Notes under the pieces: model-generated
What the model was told of the DNA's origin: nothing
Seen by the model: only the letters and a program-made list of their open reading frames with translations
The model's database searches: none
Shown: positions 50,578 to 62,322 of the stretch, in pieces
How the letters are laid out: each line of letters opens with the position of its first letter
Numbering within the stretch: the stretch's first letter is position 1
Source of the DNA: a virus
Direction: 5' to 3' (one strand)
Length of the DNA: 64,000 nucleotides
IMG/VR virus record: IMGVR_UViG_3300008107_000019
Span: 54,288-118,287 of that record
Program-made: the position numbers and the translations under genes

Positions 50578-52131
50578 ATGGCTTGGATGAATTTTGATGA
50601 TTTTTTAAATCAAAATCCACAATTAAAAGTTACAGGAACAGAGGGTCCAGCTGCTCCATTGTCTTTAACAAATGATAAACCAGCTATAAAAAGAAAAGGT
50701 AATGTTAAAATACCTAAAGCCGGCCCCAATAACCCACCAGGTAAAAAAACAAACACCAAAGCTAGAAGGCAAAGTAGAGTTTTAAATTCACTATCTCAAC
50801 TTGGAGAAGGTGGTCCTAAAAATGCTGAGCCATTTGAGCCCGTAACAACTCAAATGGTACAAAGAGACACAAGACTTCATCTTACAAGAAATCTTTCAGA
50901 CAGACTAGATGAGGCAAATGCTGCTGGTGATCGTTCTGAGCAGAACAGACTCAGGCGTTTGATGCGCAATTTAGAAGAGTTAAAAAAGGCAAAAAGAAGG
51001 CCGTTTAATTCTCCTGGTGTACTAGATGATCTTCAGAATAAAATTGCAAGAGATAGAGCAGCTGATCCGCAAAGAGCTTTAGCTAGAAGCTTAATAGAAG
51101 ATACATTAGATCTTGAGGTCAATATGTATGACCCAAGAGCTGCTAGATGGTCAGCTTTCTTGGCTGATGAAAATACAGCGGAAAGATTAGATATAGGCTC
51201 CTCGGTAAAATTAAGAGATGTAAAAACAAATCCTAAAAAATTCCGTCCAGCCAATAAATCTCAAAGAGCAGAAGCTAAAAAAATTGCTAGGGCAAAGCAT
51301 AAAGAATATTTAAGAACAAATCTAAAAGAGCATGAGAAACTCTTTATGAGAGGACTTGCAGATGACATTGGAACTGGTATGGGCGTTCCGTTTTATGCAA
51401 AATCTGGTGGAAGAAAAATACCCATGCTTCAAGGCATGGAAGATACTGGATTGCCCGCAGGAAGTAATCAAAGGGCTTCGGCTGTCAAGCAAGCTATAGC
51501 AAACTTAGAAGTAGATTCTTTAGGAATAGCTAGTTCACCAGACGCTTTAACTAAAGTAAGCGTTGCTGAGGGTAGAAGTAATTTACTAGGAAGAATTAAT
51601 GTAAATCTACCATATGACGCTATGCCTTCAAGCCCAACTGGTAATTGGTCAGTCCAAAAAAACTACAAAGAAAGAATGTTAGCTTATCAAGAAGAAGCAA
51701 AAATATTAAAAGAACAAAGAAAGATAAAAAGTAGACAAGTTAGTCAAATGTATGAGGATGAAAGATTCTTTAAAATGTCACATCAAGCTCTTGATCCATT
51801 TGTATCTAACGACACTAGATTTGTAAACATTGGAAGAGGATTGCCTCCAATGCTTCAGGGTATGGATTATTCAGATTCAATGTATCAGCCAGTGGCCAGA
51901 AAAATTCAAACTCAACCAAATAATTATACCCCTTCTTTCGTAAGAAGGTTAGAGCAGATGAATCAAGCATCTGCTAGTATTTCCTCTAGCCCAATGCCAG
52001 GTTCTAGTGCGGTAGCTGGCGCAACAGACAGTACTACAAGAGCTGGATCACGAGTAGCTGAGATGCTAGGAGAAGATACTGTGAGAGCAGCAAGTGTTAA
52101 TTTCGAACAAGAAGTTCAAAATAGGTTTTAA
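50578..52131 (+). CDS. Large hypothetical protein (possible internal virion protein)
   Basis: ~517 aa ORF behind a TTACTATA motif; charged and helical; no family recognised. Confidence 0.65.
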   Translation: MAWMNFDDFLNQNPQLKVTGTEGPAAPLSLTNDKPAIKRKGNVKIPKAGPNNPPGKKTNTKARRQSRVLNSLSQLGEGGPKNAEPFEPVTTQMVQRDTRLHLTRNLSDRLDEANAAGDRSEQNRLRRLMRNLEELKKAKRRPFNSPGVLDDLQNKIARDRAADPQRALARSLIEDTLDLEVNMYDPRAARWSAFLADENTAERLDIGSSVKLRDVKTNPKKFRPANKSQRAEAKKIARAKHKEYLRTNLKEHEKLFMRGLADDIGTGMGVPFYAKSGGRKIPMLQGMEDTGLPAGSNQRASAVKQAIANLEVDSLGIASSPDALTKVSVAEGRSNLLGRINVNLPYDAMPSSPTGNWSVQKNYKERMLAYQEEAKILKEQRKIKSRQVSQMYEDERFFKMSHQALDPFVSNDTRFVNIGRGLPPMLQGMDYSDSMYQPVARKIQTQPNNYTPSFVRRLEQMNQASASISSSPMPGSSAVAGATDSTTRAGSRVAEMLGEDTVRAASVNFEQEVQNRF

Positions 52132-53142
52132 TTAATCTCTCCAGAGCCATTCGGGATGCTTCTTGGTCCACTCTACAGTGGTCTGTAATGATTGTTCTAG
52201 TGGCATAGGAGCCTTCCAACCAGCTTCAGCTAGTTTACTTCCATCAAGCGCATAGCGCAGGTCGTGTCCAGGTCTAGTAGTGTGGAAGTCTTCAAATTTA
52301 AACTTTAATTCTTTGCCCCAAAACTCGGCAACTAGTTCAGCCATTTCAAGGTTGTCCACTTCTCTTTCACCAACAATATGATACTTGTCTGGTCTATCAG
52401 AGTTTGGATAGGCGACTGGTGGAAGATTCTTGAGAATAAACAAAAGCGCATCAGCTTGATTTCTTGCGTGAAGATAGTATCTTGATCCGACTTTGTCTAC
52501 TGTTCCATGAATTGTCATGGGGATATTCTTTTCCAAGCAATACATGATCTTTGGAACAAACTTTTCAGGATCCTGACGTTCACCAATAATATTCATCGTG
52601 TTTGTAATAACAACTGGAACACCAAAAGTTCTCCAATAAGAAATACATGCTGCTTCTTGTGCCGCCTTTGAAGCCGAGTAGGGATTAGAAGGCAAGATTG
52701 TATCCCACTCTTTGTGAGCATAGCCGTCTGGTGCTGGACCATAAACTTCGTCTGTAGACACATGCAAGAAAATTTCTGGTTGAATTTTACGTGCAAGCTC
52801 CAGCATATTAACGACAAGCGCTACGTTATTTAATATAAATGGCGCAGGATCAGTAATAGATCTATCGACATGTGAATCAGAAGCCATTGAAATAATATAA
52901 TCAACATGACCAATTTCTTTAATCATTACGTCAGAAAAAGGAACAGTAAGATCATGAGTAATAAGCTGAACACGGTGACGCTCTGCTTCCCAACATCCGA
53001 TTGAAGTTATTCTGTCAGTAACTCCACGATGACGGAATGAGTCACTGATAATGACATCCCAATCTGTGGTCTTTAGAATGTGCTCTAGCGTGTGGTGTCC
53101 AACGAATCCGCCAGCACCTGTTAATAATACTTTCTTACTCAT
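52132..53142 (-). CDS. NAD-dependent epimerase/dehydratase (dTDP-glucose 4,6-dehydratase-like)
   Basis: TGAGGFVG, SHVDRSI, VSTDEVYG, PYSASKAA, RPGHDLRYA. Confidence 0.88.
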   Translation of the reverse strand: MSKKVLLTGAGGFVGHHTLEHILKTTDWDVIISDSFRHRGVTDRITSIGCWEAERHRVQLITHDLTVPFSDVMIKEIGHVDYIISMASDSHVDRSITDPAPFILNNVALVVNMLELARKIQPEIFLHVSTDEVYGPAPDGYAHKEWDTILPSNPYSASKAAQEAACISYWRTFGVPVVITNTMNIIGERQDPEKFVPKIMYCLEKNIPMTIHGTVDKVGSRYYLHARNQADALLFILKNLPPVAYPNSDRPDKYHIVGEREVDNLEMAELVAEFWGKELKFKFEDFHTTRPGHDLRYALDGSKLAEAGWKAPMPLEQSLQTTVEWTKKHPEWLWRD

Positions 53143-53536
53143 TTTCGTATAATTCCTTGTATTTCTTTGGGTTTCTTTTTTTCATTTGTAGTTTTCTTTT
53201 TGCTTCCTTGCAAAGCTCACAACGACATCTATGTTCATTATACATGTTAACAGTACCGTGCTGTGGCTTTGGTCTTTCAGCAATTGTTTTTTTTAAATGA
53301 CACGACTTACAAAGAACCTGACAGTTTGATAATTCTTTCTGTCTAGCTTCTGCTGTTCTACTCCATATAGAACCAGTGTGCATAGTCTTTAGTGCTGGGT
53401 TTATATGATCTACTTCTAGTTGTTCCCAAGAACCACAGTGTTTACATGGACCATTTTCCGACACCCATTCTTGGCGTCGACTTCTCATCCATTCTCTTTG
53501 GTACTTTTGTTTTTTTTCTAGTTTAGTTGATTCCAT
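53135..53536 (-). CDS. HNH endonuclease
   Basis: CKHCG, LEVDHI, CQVLCKSCHLKKT, HGT...CRCELC. Confidence 0.85.
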   Translation of the reverse strand: MESTKLEKKQKYQREWMRSRRQEWVSENGPCKHCGSWEQLEVDHINPALKTMHTGSIWSRTAEARQKELSNCQVLCKSCHLKKTIAERPKPQHGTVNMYNEHRCRCELCKEAKRKLQMKKRNPKKYKELYENE

Positions 53537-53551
53537 AATTTTATATTTAGA

Positions 53552-53628
<77 letters not shown>

Positions 53629-53634
53629 AAAACT

Positions 53635-53874
53635 TTATTTGAGTGGCTGACCTTTGTCATCTAAGTCGTATCCGCCAAATTTAATTTCAGAACATGTTTG
53701 CTCTAGTATACCAGCAATATCCTTAGTTAGATCAGGAAAGTTTTCTTTTGAAAAAACATAGATATCATTCAGTGCATCTGTAATTCTTAGTGACGCACTG
53801 TGTATTTTTTCATGTGGAAGATTGGTCTGATTTAACTTTTCGTAAATTTTTTTATATGTTCTTGTATAGTTCAT
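53635..53874 (-). CDS. Hypothetical protein
   Basis: ORF ending 6 nt before the tRNA-Gly 5' end. Confidence 0.6.
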   Translation of the reverse strand: MNYTRTYKKIYEKLNQTNLPHEKIHSASLRITDALNDIYVFSKENFPDLTKDIAGILEQTCSEIKFGGYDLDDKGQPLK

Positions 53875-54241
53875 TTATTTTTTCCTCTTTTGGATGAACC
53901 ATTTTAGCTGATACCAAAAGACTATCAGTAAACTTTAGGTCATACTCCAACCAGAAGTTGGTTCCATTGTCATCTAAGTATACCACCGTGCTAATAAGTA
54001 TATGTCCGTGTTGGTATATTTTATTATACACCGGCTCTTCATCTGATTCAAAGTCAGGAAAATCGGCACAAAAAATTCTGCCAATATTGTCTACATGATA
54101 TCTATACATCAGACACTCTAGGTCTTTTGTCTGAAATCCATCCTCATTTATGGCACTATAAATAAAGCTTTTATACTCTTCTGGAACATAAGATTCTATA
54201 GGCAGAGGGTAATCAATTGTAAAATAATCAAACATTCCCAT
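53852..54241 (-). CDS. Hypothetical phage protein (MGMFD family)
   Basis: MGMFDY, FQTKDLEC, WLEY..KFTD. Confidence 0.7.
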   Translation of the reverse strand: MGMFDYFTIDYPLPIESYVPEEYKSFIYSAINEDGFQTKDLECLMYRYHVDNIGRIFCADFPDFESDEEPVYNKIYQHGHILISTVVYLDDNGTNFWLEYDLKFTDSLLVSAKMVHPKEEKINELYKNI

Positions 54242-54247
54242 GCGTAT

Positions 54248-54256
54248 ATTATAGCA
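54248..54256 (-). promoter_or_regulatory. Extended -10 (TGCTATAAT) host-type promoter, likely driving the unit containing the tRNA-Gly
   Basis: Plus strand ATTATAGCA, 6 nt before the ATG at 54241 (leaderless spacing). Confidence 0.6.
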
Positions 54257-54318
54257 GTTTTTCGGTGGTCTGAGGTCCTAGTGAATAAAACAGTTACTAT
54301 ATATATAAATTAAGTTAA

Positions 54319-55633
<1,315 letters not shown>

Positions 55634-55924
55634 GGTCCTACTGTTAAACTTTTCTTTGTATGAAATTTTTTAATTCCATAAAATTAAGAAATGTGTAAAA
55701 GTGGATTTGGCCTCGAAAATTTTTTTTACTTTTTACCCTATATAGGTTTTTTAAATTTAAGTTCTTTCAAAATAGATTCAAGAGCATCTTCTAAAAGTTG
55801 TTTTTCGCTAAGACCAATAGTTTGAGCTATTGTGCGTAGCTCAGATGATTCTTGTTTTGAGAACTTTATTTTCTCAATCTTTTTTCCGGTCTCTTTGGAC
55901 CTAAGAATAAGGGTAATTCTTTTA

Positions 55925-56170
55925 CTACGAAACATCTGCAGTAAATAAGAATCCAGGACCGTTTCCCTCTGGATCCTGTGATGGAATCAATGCTTGACCA
56001 TCGTGAAAGATAATAACCATAGGAATATCATTAAAGCCTACTAAGCCATTCCAGCCTAGTTCTTCAATTTCAGAATCTTTAAGTGGGCGAATAGTATGAA
56101 CCATTTTTCCAATAAAAGATCCGTATTCTTTGGTAAGAATCTTTTGCATGTTTGCTTCTGTTTCAAGCAT
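55925..56170 (-). CDS. Hypothetical phage protein
   Basis: PSQDPEGNGPGFLF motif; one of many short minus-strand ORFs between 55738 and 57729. Confidence 0.6.
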   Translation of the reverse strand: MLETEANMQKILTKEYGSFIGKMVHTIRPLKDSEIEELGWNGLVGFNDIPMVIIFHDGQALIPSQDPEGNGPGFLFTADVS

Positions 56171-56717
56171 TTTAATCCCATTCTTTTTTGTCAGGTGGTA
56201 GTTTCTTTTTAGATGGTATTGTTTTAGATTTAAGAAAATTTCTGTCTGCAAAGTTTTGTCTATCTTCTGTAGACCAAGCAGAAATAATTTTTCTAATCTT
56301 CTTGCGGGAAATTTTCATGATCAAACTTACTGGAGCATCTGCTACAGTACCATAGTTTGTATGTTTTATTATCAGATTCATTTTTTAAAGATGTTCTGAG
56401 ATAAAGTATTTTACCGTCTTGTGGCAAGAATCCAACTTTGCAATCATTGCATTGATAGCTGAAATCTGTTTTTTCTAAGTCTAAAGCTCTCAAGTAAGCT
56501 GCTCGCATTTCTTCATGATCCATCGGTTACAATGCCCCAGTCTTGAACTGTTATTTGACACATTTGTTTACAGACTGGACATTTAGCTACAGGGTACTGA
56601 CCCCACATAGAGTGTGAGGGTATTTCTCCGCAATCACACTTTAGTATTACTTCAGGTCCCCAACTTTTTATAAGCTTTAACTTTGATTCTAGCGTAACTG
56701 GAATCTGAAGTGGCATG

Positions 56718-57113
56718 TCAGTATTTCCAAATTGACTTAGAACTCTTATTAACGTGGGAATAAGAATCAAGTAATTGATCTAAGGCAGAAGACAAAACTG
56801 GCCATTTTATTTTAAGCTCTCTGACAATATGATCGTGGTGATGAGGGTGATTACCTTTATCGGTTAAAGCCTTCTTAATAGCAAGAAGAGCGTCATACTG
56901 AGCTTTTGTAATTGCTACTGAAGTACTACTGTTTTCTTCTCGGTAAGAAGTAATTTTTACATTAGAAGAGTAAGGGTTAGAAGTAGTTGTTTTTGAAGGT
57001 ACAGTATATGAATTATGCGTTTCTTTCTTCAAAGAGTTAGCAAGTTTTTCTATAGCAGATGCTATGTTATTTAGTGCGTTCACTAATGATTTCATCAAAT
57101 TCTCCTTGTTCAA
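56718..57113 (-). CDS. Hypothetical protein
   Basis: 131 aa ORF in a tightly packed minus-strand cluster. Confidence 0.55.
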   Translation of the reverse strand: MNKENLMKSLVNALNNIASAIEKLANSLKKETHNSYTVPSKTTTSNPYSSNVKITSYREENSSTSVAITKAQYDALLAIKKALTDKGNHPHHHDHIVRELKIKWPVLSSALDQLLDSYSHVNKSSKSIWKY

Positions 57114-57471
57114 GTCTTTTTAGTATTGATAGTCCCCAATCATACCACTGGCAATCTTCGCAATTGTCACATGTGTGGTCGGGGTAAGGTTCGCCAATTA
57201 TTGCAGCTTGATGAGCTTCTTTAATTATTCTTGGAAGAAACTCTTTTAAAAGTTTAAAGTATTTAGATTTCTTTGTTAAGAATATCATTATACTCTTTCA
57301 TTATATCTGGACAAGTACATTTTTCATATCTATAAAAAACAGAGCCAAACCACGTAAGCATACCAAATGTATGCCAACCTTGTTCGTCTGAACCTTTAAT
57401 AAATCTTATAGGAAAAAAAGAAAACCTTTGTTGACCAGGTTTCCAGAAAAAAAATCTACTAGCATTAAACA

Positions 57472-57729
57472 TCAGTACTTTGCAATCTGTGATAGTCTTT
57501 GAATTTCGGCAATTAAACCTTGAACATGTTCCGATATAAGCCTATTAGATTCAATAGTAGATTCTAGTTTTGATTCTATATAACCAATGTGAGTTAGTGT
57601 AAGCTTAAAAACATTAACCGCATGATGCATAAGAACATAAACGATTGATGGATCATGTATAGATTTATCTGCCTCATTAGCAAGTTCAGACATAAGATTA
57701 TTTATTTTTGCTTCGAGCAATGGATCCAT
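57472..57729 (-). CDS. Coiled-coil hypothetical protein
   Basis: AGGAG SD before MDPLLEAK. Confidence 0.65.
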   Translation of the reverse strand: MDPLLEAKINNLMSELANEADKSIHDPSIVYVLMHHAVNVFKLTLTHIGYIESKLESTIESNRLISEHVQGLIAEIQRLSQIAKY

Positions 57730-57747
57730 ATTTAACTCCTGCCTTTT

Positions 57748-57930
57748 AAAAAAAATAGTGGCCCTAGAACGCGTCCATTCTAGGGTAGTTCCACTACCGA
57801 GACTAGATAACTCTGTCACAAAACACATTACTGTGTTCGGGGCGATAATCCTTATTCCGCGAAAACAAGGACTACGCTACACAAATTAACTCCTCAGCTA
57901 ATTACGGTATTCACTGTAGCTTCTCTAGTG
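57748..57930 (-). ncRNA. Putative structured non-coding RNA or cis-regulatory leader (~180 nt)
   Basis: TATAAT at 57937-57942, several hairpins including a GTAA tetraloop, terminal stem plus T8. Confidence 0.6.
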
Positions 57931-57942
57931 CTAAGTATTATA

Positions 57943-58497
57943 TCAGAAGATATCATCAGAAGTAGGATAAACTCTTCTTTCGATCTGAACTTTGTAAAGA
58001 TCTATAGGAGCATCTTTTACAACTTCAATTGTAATACTAACTAGGTCTTTTGCGGGAAGACCAAAAGCTTCAGCTACTTCTTGGTCAGACAAAGCCATGC
58101 CACTAGGAAGTTGCATTATAACAGGTGGAATTTGGTCTTTAGTAACTTCTAAAGTAATCTTAGCTGTTCCTTCAGATTCATGCCATATGTTATCAGCGCT
58201 GTTAAAAGCTTGAAGATATATTGAGTTATCAAAAGCTTCTACAGATTTATATTTTGCAATAGCATTGTATGCATTAAACTTAGGTGGTTTTGAAATAAGT
58301 TTATCTAAAAATGAACTAAAGTCAAGAATCTGTTCAGCGTTTTTTACTTGATTTATTGCATAATCATCTATAAAGAGTGGTAGTTGTTCAGATATTTTTT
58401 TTTCTATCTTCTTTTTCTTCTTCTTCTTAATAGACTGATCTTTTGAAGCTTCGACTACTGGAGAAGGAGTAGTTTCCCAAGCAGGATAAACTATCAT
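57943..58497 (-). CDS. Hypothetical protein
   Basis: GGAGG SD; 184 aa. Confidence 0.65.
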   Translation of the reverse strand: MIVYPAWETTPSPVVEASKDQSIKKKKKKKIEKKISEQLPLFIDDYAINQVKNAEQILDFSSFLDKLISKPPKFNAYNAIAKYKSVEAFDNSIYLQAFNSADNIWHESEGTAKITLEVTKDQIPPVIMQLPSGMALSDQEVAEAFGLPAKDLVSITIEVVKDAPIDLYKVQIERRVYPTSDDIF

Positions 58498-58631
58498 GCG
58501 AGAACCTCCCGATTAGTATATGTTTTAAAGAATACAAAAGCAATTTCTAAAATTGCTACTAACAATTGTATGCACAAATTTGGCATTGTTCTATCTTTCT
58601 TAAATTGATACGAGTTTTTAGATAGAATATA

Positions 58632-58955
58632 TTATTGGAGTTCTAAAGGAAATATTTTCTTTAGTCTCTTTTTACAAGAATGTGTAGGAGCATCGTTAAT
58701 ACCGATGCCAATTTTTATAGATACGCCACAAGAAGAACAAGACCATTTGGTATTTGGTCTATATTTTGTTCTAGCTGGAGGTGGCTCTGGAGTAACAGGT
58801 ATTTCCTCTACTTGGTCGTCTTCATCTTCCTGTGGCATTTTACTGTCGTTGGGTGCCTGAAGACAAGACGGACAAAGCTTTGGTTTTCTACCTCTTGCCT
58901 TAAGACGATTCCATTGAAGACCACACTGGATACAAGTTAACTGGTCATGTTCCAT
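58632..58955 (-). CDS. Zinc-ribbon protein
   Basis: CIQC, GRKPKLCPSC, CSSC, HSC. Confidence 0.65.
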   Translation of the reverse strand: MEHDQLTCIQCGLQWNRLKARGRKPKLCPSCLQAPNDSKMPQEDEDDQVEEIPVTPEPPPARTKYRPNTKWSCSSCGVSIKIGIGINDAPTHSCKKRLKKIFPLELQ

Positions 58956-58965
58956 GGTTTAAGTC

Positions 58966-59577
58966 CTAATATCTCTCCTGAACGTAGCAATGAAAAGGTG
59001 CTCCAGTATATGGATCATACTTTGAAGCAACTGCAATAGCTTTTAAAGCATTCTTTTTAGCTTGAGCTACTGTCATTATTTTAGATGAACATAGTACCTG
59101 CAAAGCCCCCAGTGCATAAGAACTTCCAGTTCCCATAGCATATCTTCCATTGATGTCTGAGGTCCAAGAATAATCACCGTCAACTACATATATAGTACCA
59201 GAGACAACAACAAGAATTGTTGACTCATGCTGAGCCATATGTGTAGCTGATTCACTTTCTGGTGAGGTAGCATATCCTTGTTTTTCAAAACAATCTCTAA
59301 GAGCTGGAACAAACTTTGTGGTAATAAAGTTATCTAGTTTTTTACCATTAGTTGCAACAGGTAGACTTGGAGGAACAAACGCATGATGAAGAATGTTAAT
59401 TGCTCGCATGTCGCCGGCAGCACCCAATAAGTACTTATTGTTTTCTGCTATCTTGGCACTGTTAGTACCAAGGGTGGTTATCTGAGAGGCAAAGCCTCCA
59501 TCGTCCATTGTTGATATTCTAGAGTCGCTACAAACAAGAGCGTAATCTGGACCCTGTATGCCGATAATTGTGGTCAT
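58966..59577 (-). CDS. Proteasome-beta / HslV-like Ntn-hydrolase protease
   Basis: N-terminal MTTIIG, SDSR, KI, GAAGD, AMGTGSSYALGAL, DPYTG. Confidence 0.82.
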   Translation of the reverse strand: MTTIIGIQGPDYALVCSDSRISTMDDGGFASQITTLGTNSAKIAENNKYLLGAAGDMRAINILHHAFVPPSLPVATNGKKLDNFITTKFVPALRDCFEKQGYATSPESESATHMAQHESTILVVVSGTIYVVDGDYSWTSDINGRYAMGTGSSYALGALQVLCSSKIMTVAQAKKNALKAIAVASKYDPYTGAPFHCYVQERY

Positions 59578-59780
59578 GTTATTCCTCAGTACACTTTAGT
59601 TAAAGATAGTATACAGGAAATACAAGATATTATCAATTATCAGAAGGATTGTAGTACAGGGATCCAAAAACTGTATAAGCTATAGCATGAATATCTTCTG
59701 ATTTGACTTCTTTAAAAGTTTTTTTAAAATTGTCATATCGAGAATCATAATAATAGTTTCTCTTGCCTTTGCGGTTTTTA

Positions 59781-60044
59781 TTACGCTTCTTGGACAAGAT
59801 TTAAACCCTTTTTAAATATTAAAGTACCATGTAAAGTATTTCTTATATTTGTGTTAAAATACTTTCCAGCAGACTGTGCTTTTTTAAGATTGTCAAAGTG
59901 TTCAACTGTAGCGTCTGCATATAGCCAAACTGCACCAGAATTAAAGACAACAATTAAAGCTTCTTGATCTTCTGACCATGCGCAGGAGTGCAATACGGAA
60001 CTATCAATAAACTTATAAAATTTAATTTTAGAAAAATTTTCCAT
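59781..60044 (-). CDS. KTSC-domain protein
   Basis: DSSVL...VVFNSGAVWLY...AQSAGKYFNTNIR. Confidence 0.8.
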   Translation of the reverse strand: MENFSKIKFYKFIDSSVLHSCAWSEDQEALIVVFNSGAVWLYADATVEHFDNLKKAQSAGKYFNTNIRNTLHGTLIFKKGLNLVQEA

Positions 60045-60047
60045 AAG

Positions 60048-60134
60048 CGGAACGAGGAGGATTCGAACCTCCGAGGGCTTTAACACCCTGACGGTTTAGC
60101 AAACCGTTGCTTTCGGCCACTCAGCCACCGTTCC
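60048..60134 (-). tRNA. tRNA-Ser(GCT)
   Basis: Cloverleaf with ACGGT-TTGCTAA-ACCGT anticodon arm, long variable arm, GGTTCGAATCC; CCA not encoded. Confidence 0.92.
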
Positions 60135-60304
60135 TAAAGGTTAATCACCTTGATATCTACCTTTAGGGTAAACATCTTTAGCATTAACTTTGCCAGAATT
60201 CATCATGTCAACAACAAATTTAATAGATTCTAAAATAGAATCTTTTTGTGTTTTGGTGTTTTCCGTGATTTCTTCTTCGTTGTTTTCTGTTTCATTTGTC
60301 ATAG

Positions 60305-60378
60305 CGCCCCCGGCATGATTCGAACATGCGACCTGCGGATTAGAAGTCCGATGCTCTATCCAGCTGAGCTACAGGGGC
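60305..60378 (-). tRNA. tRNA-Arg(TCT)
   Basis: GCCCCTG acceptor, CTTCTAA loop, TTCGAAT T loop; matches the dominant AGA codon use. Confidence 0.9.
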
Positions 60379-60381
60379 TTA

Positions 60382-60801
60382 TTAAGCGTAATTATACTGC
60401 TCTTTTGTGCGATCATCAACATAGAGGTTTGCCTCTAAAAGAAAATCTTCATAAGAAACTAGATAATAAAAACCATTACTCCAATAAGCACCTTGTACTA
60501 AATATCCATCAAAAGGATTGTACTGCAAAACATGGTGCCAGTTAAGACTAGCATCCATACAGTATCTAAAAGTACCTATTGGCTTTGGAGTCCAAAACTT
60601 CATGTTTAATTTATCCGGAAGATCAACACATGCATGAAGTAAAATAAAAGAATCTATCGCAGAAGAAACTTCTTCTATAGAAATGTTTCTAGAAGAATAC
60701 TCATTAAAGTTTTTCTTTAACAAATTGTTAAGAAAAAAATGAGAATCTTCTTCGTCTAAAGTAGGCTCTAAAATACTAGTCTTCTGCAATAGAGTGATCA
60801 T
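60382..60801 (-). CDS. Hypothetical protein
   Basis: 139 aa operonic ORF. Confidence 0.6.
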   Translation of the reverse strand: MITLLQKTSILEPTLDEEDSHFFLNNLLKKNFNEYSSRNISIEEVSSAIDSFILLHACVDLPDKLNMKFWTPKPIGTFRYCMDASLNWHHVLQYNPFDGYLVQGAYWSNGFYYLVSYEDFLLEANLYVDDRTKEQYNYA

Positions 60802-60803
60802 AT

Positions 60804-61160
60804 CTAATCCAATGGTAAGTTAATCATCTTAACATAAAGCATTTTGCGCTCAATAGATGTTAAGAATTTAATGGTGTTGATGCGCCACTTGTTTTGTTTT
60901 GTGATGAAAGATTCAATGTCGGCTGTTGATGCGCCCATCTCTTTCATCTCTAAAGCTTTAAGTTTATTCTTCGCTTTATTAGAAGATAGTTGAAATTCAA
61001 CATCTCTTCTGATAACTCTAAGGTTATATAACCACATATCAACATTGTTCTCTAGTATGTCTTTTTCATACTGAGAAGCTTCGTTTTTTATGTCTTTAAT
61101 AACTATTTCTTTTAGCTTTTCAACATAGTCTACATCAACTATATTTGTATTTTGAGTCAT
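60804..61160 (-). CDS. Hypothetical protein
   Basis: Likely start MTQNTN overlapping the UDG end. Confidence 0.6.
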   Translation of the reverse strand: MTQNTNIVDVDYVEKLKEIVIKDIKNEASQYEKDILENNVDMWLYNLRVIRRDVEFQLSSNKAKNKLKALEMKEMGASTADIESFITKQNKWRINTIKFLTSIERKMLYVKMINLPLD

Positions 61161-61902
61161 TGTTTTCTGCCTTAGCATAACAAAAATCGTAAGCCTGTTG
61201 AATATCAGAAGCAAATTGCTCTGTGTACTGAGCACCCTGTTTAAGACAATATATTGGTGAATATGTTGACAAAACCGGCCAATAACCAATCCAAGAAATA
61301 GAACCTCTATATTGCTTTAACTGTATGTCGGAGTTAAATATGACCGACAAAGGTAAAAGCCCTAAAGTTACTATTAGCTTTGGATTAAGTAATTGTATTT
61401 CAGTATGTAGATACGGAGCACAATTAATAGCTTCTGAATTCTCAGGCTTCCTATTTAATGAACATCTTGTAACATAAGTTAAACAAACCTTAGAAGATTC
61501 AAAGCCCGCAGATTTCATTGTAGAAACAAATAGATCTGCAGATTCTTTATCTATCTTAGGATTGTCGACTATGAACAAAACATCTGGATTTTGAGAATTC
61601 CATCGAGGAAGATCTGATGAGTCTAAAACATTAGGACACTTTTTACAGTTCTTTGTTACTGTATGAAGATCCTGTAACGAAAGACTGTTCTTTGAAGACA
61701 AGATGTCATTGCGGACATCCTGAAACAAAGAAACAAGTCTTTCATTAGGAATGTGTTTAGAAAATGTCTCATGCAAATGAGACAACATGTTAGTTTCAAA
61801 AAGACCTAATTGAAGGCCATTTTTGGGAATTAACTTTGACTTTTCACCAGAAAGTGCTTCTTCAATTAAAGAATCTAAATCTTCCTGTGAAAAATCTTCC
61901 AT
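61135..61902 (-). CDS. Uracil-DNA glycosylase family 4-like protein
   Basis: CKKCP, TYVTRC, NRKP, CAPYLHTEIQLLNPKLIVTLG, STYSP; catalytic GEAPG and HP motifs are degenerate. Confidence 0.75.
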   Translation of the reverse strand: MEDFSQEDLDSLIEEALSGEKSKLIPKNGLQLGLFETNMLSHLHETFSKHIPNERLVSLFQDVRNDILSSKNSLSLQDLHTVTKNCKKCPNVLDSSDLPRWNSQNPDVLFIVDNPKIDKESADLFVSTMKSAGFESSKVCLTYVTRCSLNRKPENSEAINCAPYLHTEIQLLNPKLIVTLGLLPLSVIFNSDIQLKQYRGSISWIGYWPVLSTYSPIYCLKQGAQYTEQFASDIQQAYDFCYAKAENNDSKYKYS

Positions 61903-62321
61903 CAGAACTCTTCTGGAACAGAGGTGTTAGAAGTTGTTGTCTCAGACTTTGAGTCAGAAGACTTAGGAGAAGAAGACGCTGCGTATGCAACATGCTCTGC
62001 AATGACGACAACCTTAGAACGGTTCTGGTTATCTTGCTGCCAACGCTCCTGAAGGAGACGACCAATGATGGAAATCTGTGAACCCTTCTTGAGCTTACCT
62101 CCAGTGATCTGGCTGTGAATGAACGAAGCGTTCTTATTTACAAAGCCCTCGCTGTCTTTGAGGTAATAGGTAACATCAAAGTATCCAGCTGTTGACTGAG
62201 ATCCTTTTTCGGATCCAGCGTATTCTACAGCTACACGGAACTTTGCAATCTTGTCGTTAATCATCTCTGGATCAGCAACAACACCAGCGGTGAGGTTGAT
62301 GACATTCTTTGGGTCTAACAT
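61902..62321 (-). CDS. ssb: Single-stranded DNA-binding protein
   Basis: DPE, FRVAV, LKKGSQISIIGRLLQERW, RSKVVVIAE, acidic PEEF tail. Confidence 0.85.
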   Translation of the reverse strand: MLDPKNVINLTAGVVADPEMINDKIAKFRVAVEYAGSEKGSQSTAGYFDVTYYLKDSEGFVNKNASFIHSQITGGKLKKGSQISIIGRLLQERWQQDNQNRSKVVVIAEHVAYAASSSPKSSDSKSETTTSNTSVPEEF

Positions 62322-62322
62322 T

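Noticed and set aside
52081-52135. Possible extra frameshift near the end of ORF 50566..52131
   Set aside because: There is no in-frame CGG, and the ORF ends normally against the convergent epimerase stop.
60246-60545. Plus-strand 99-aa ORF and the 5' extension of ORF 59781..60086
   Set aside because: They overlap the tRNA-Arg and tRNA-Ser genes; the KTSC gene more plausibly starts at 60044.
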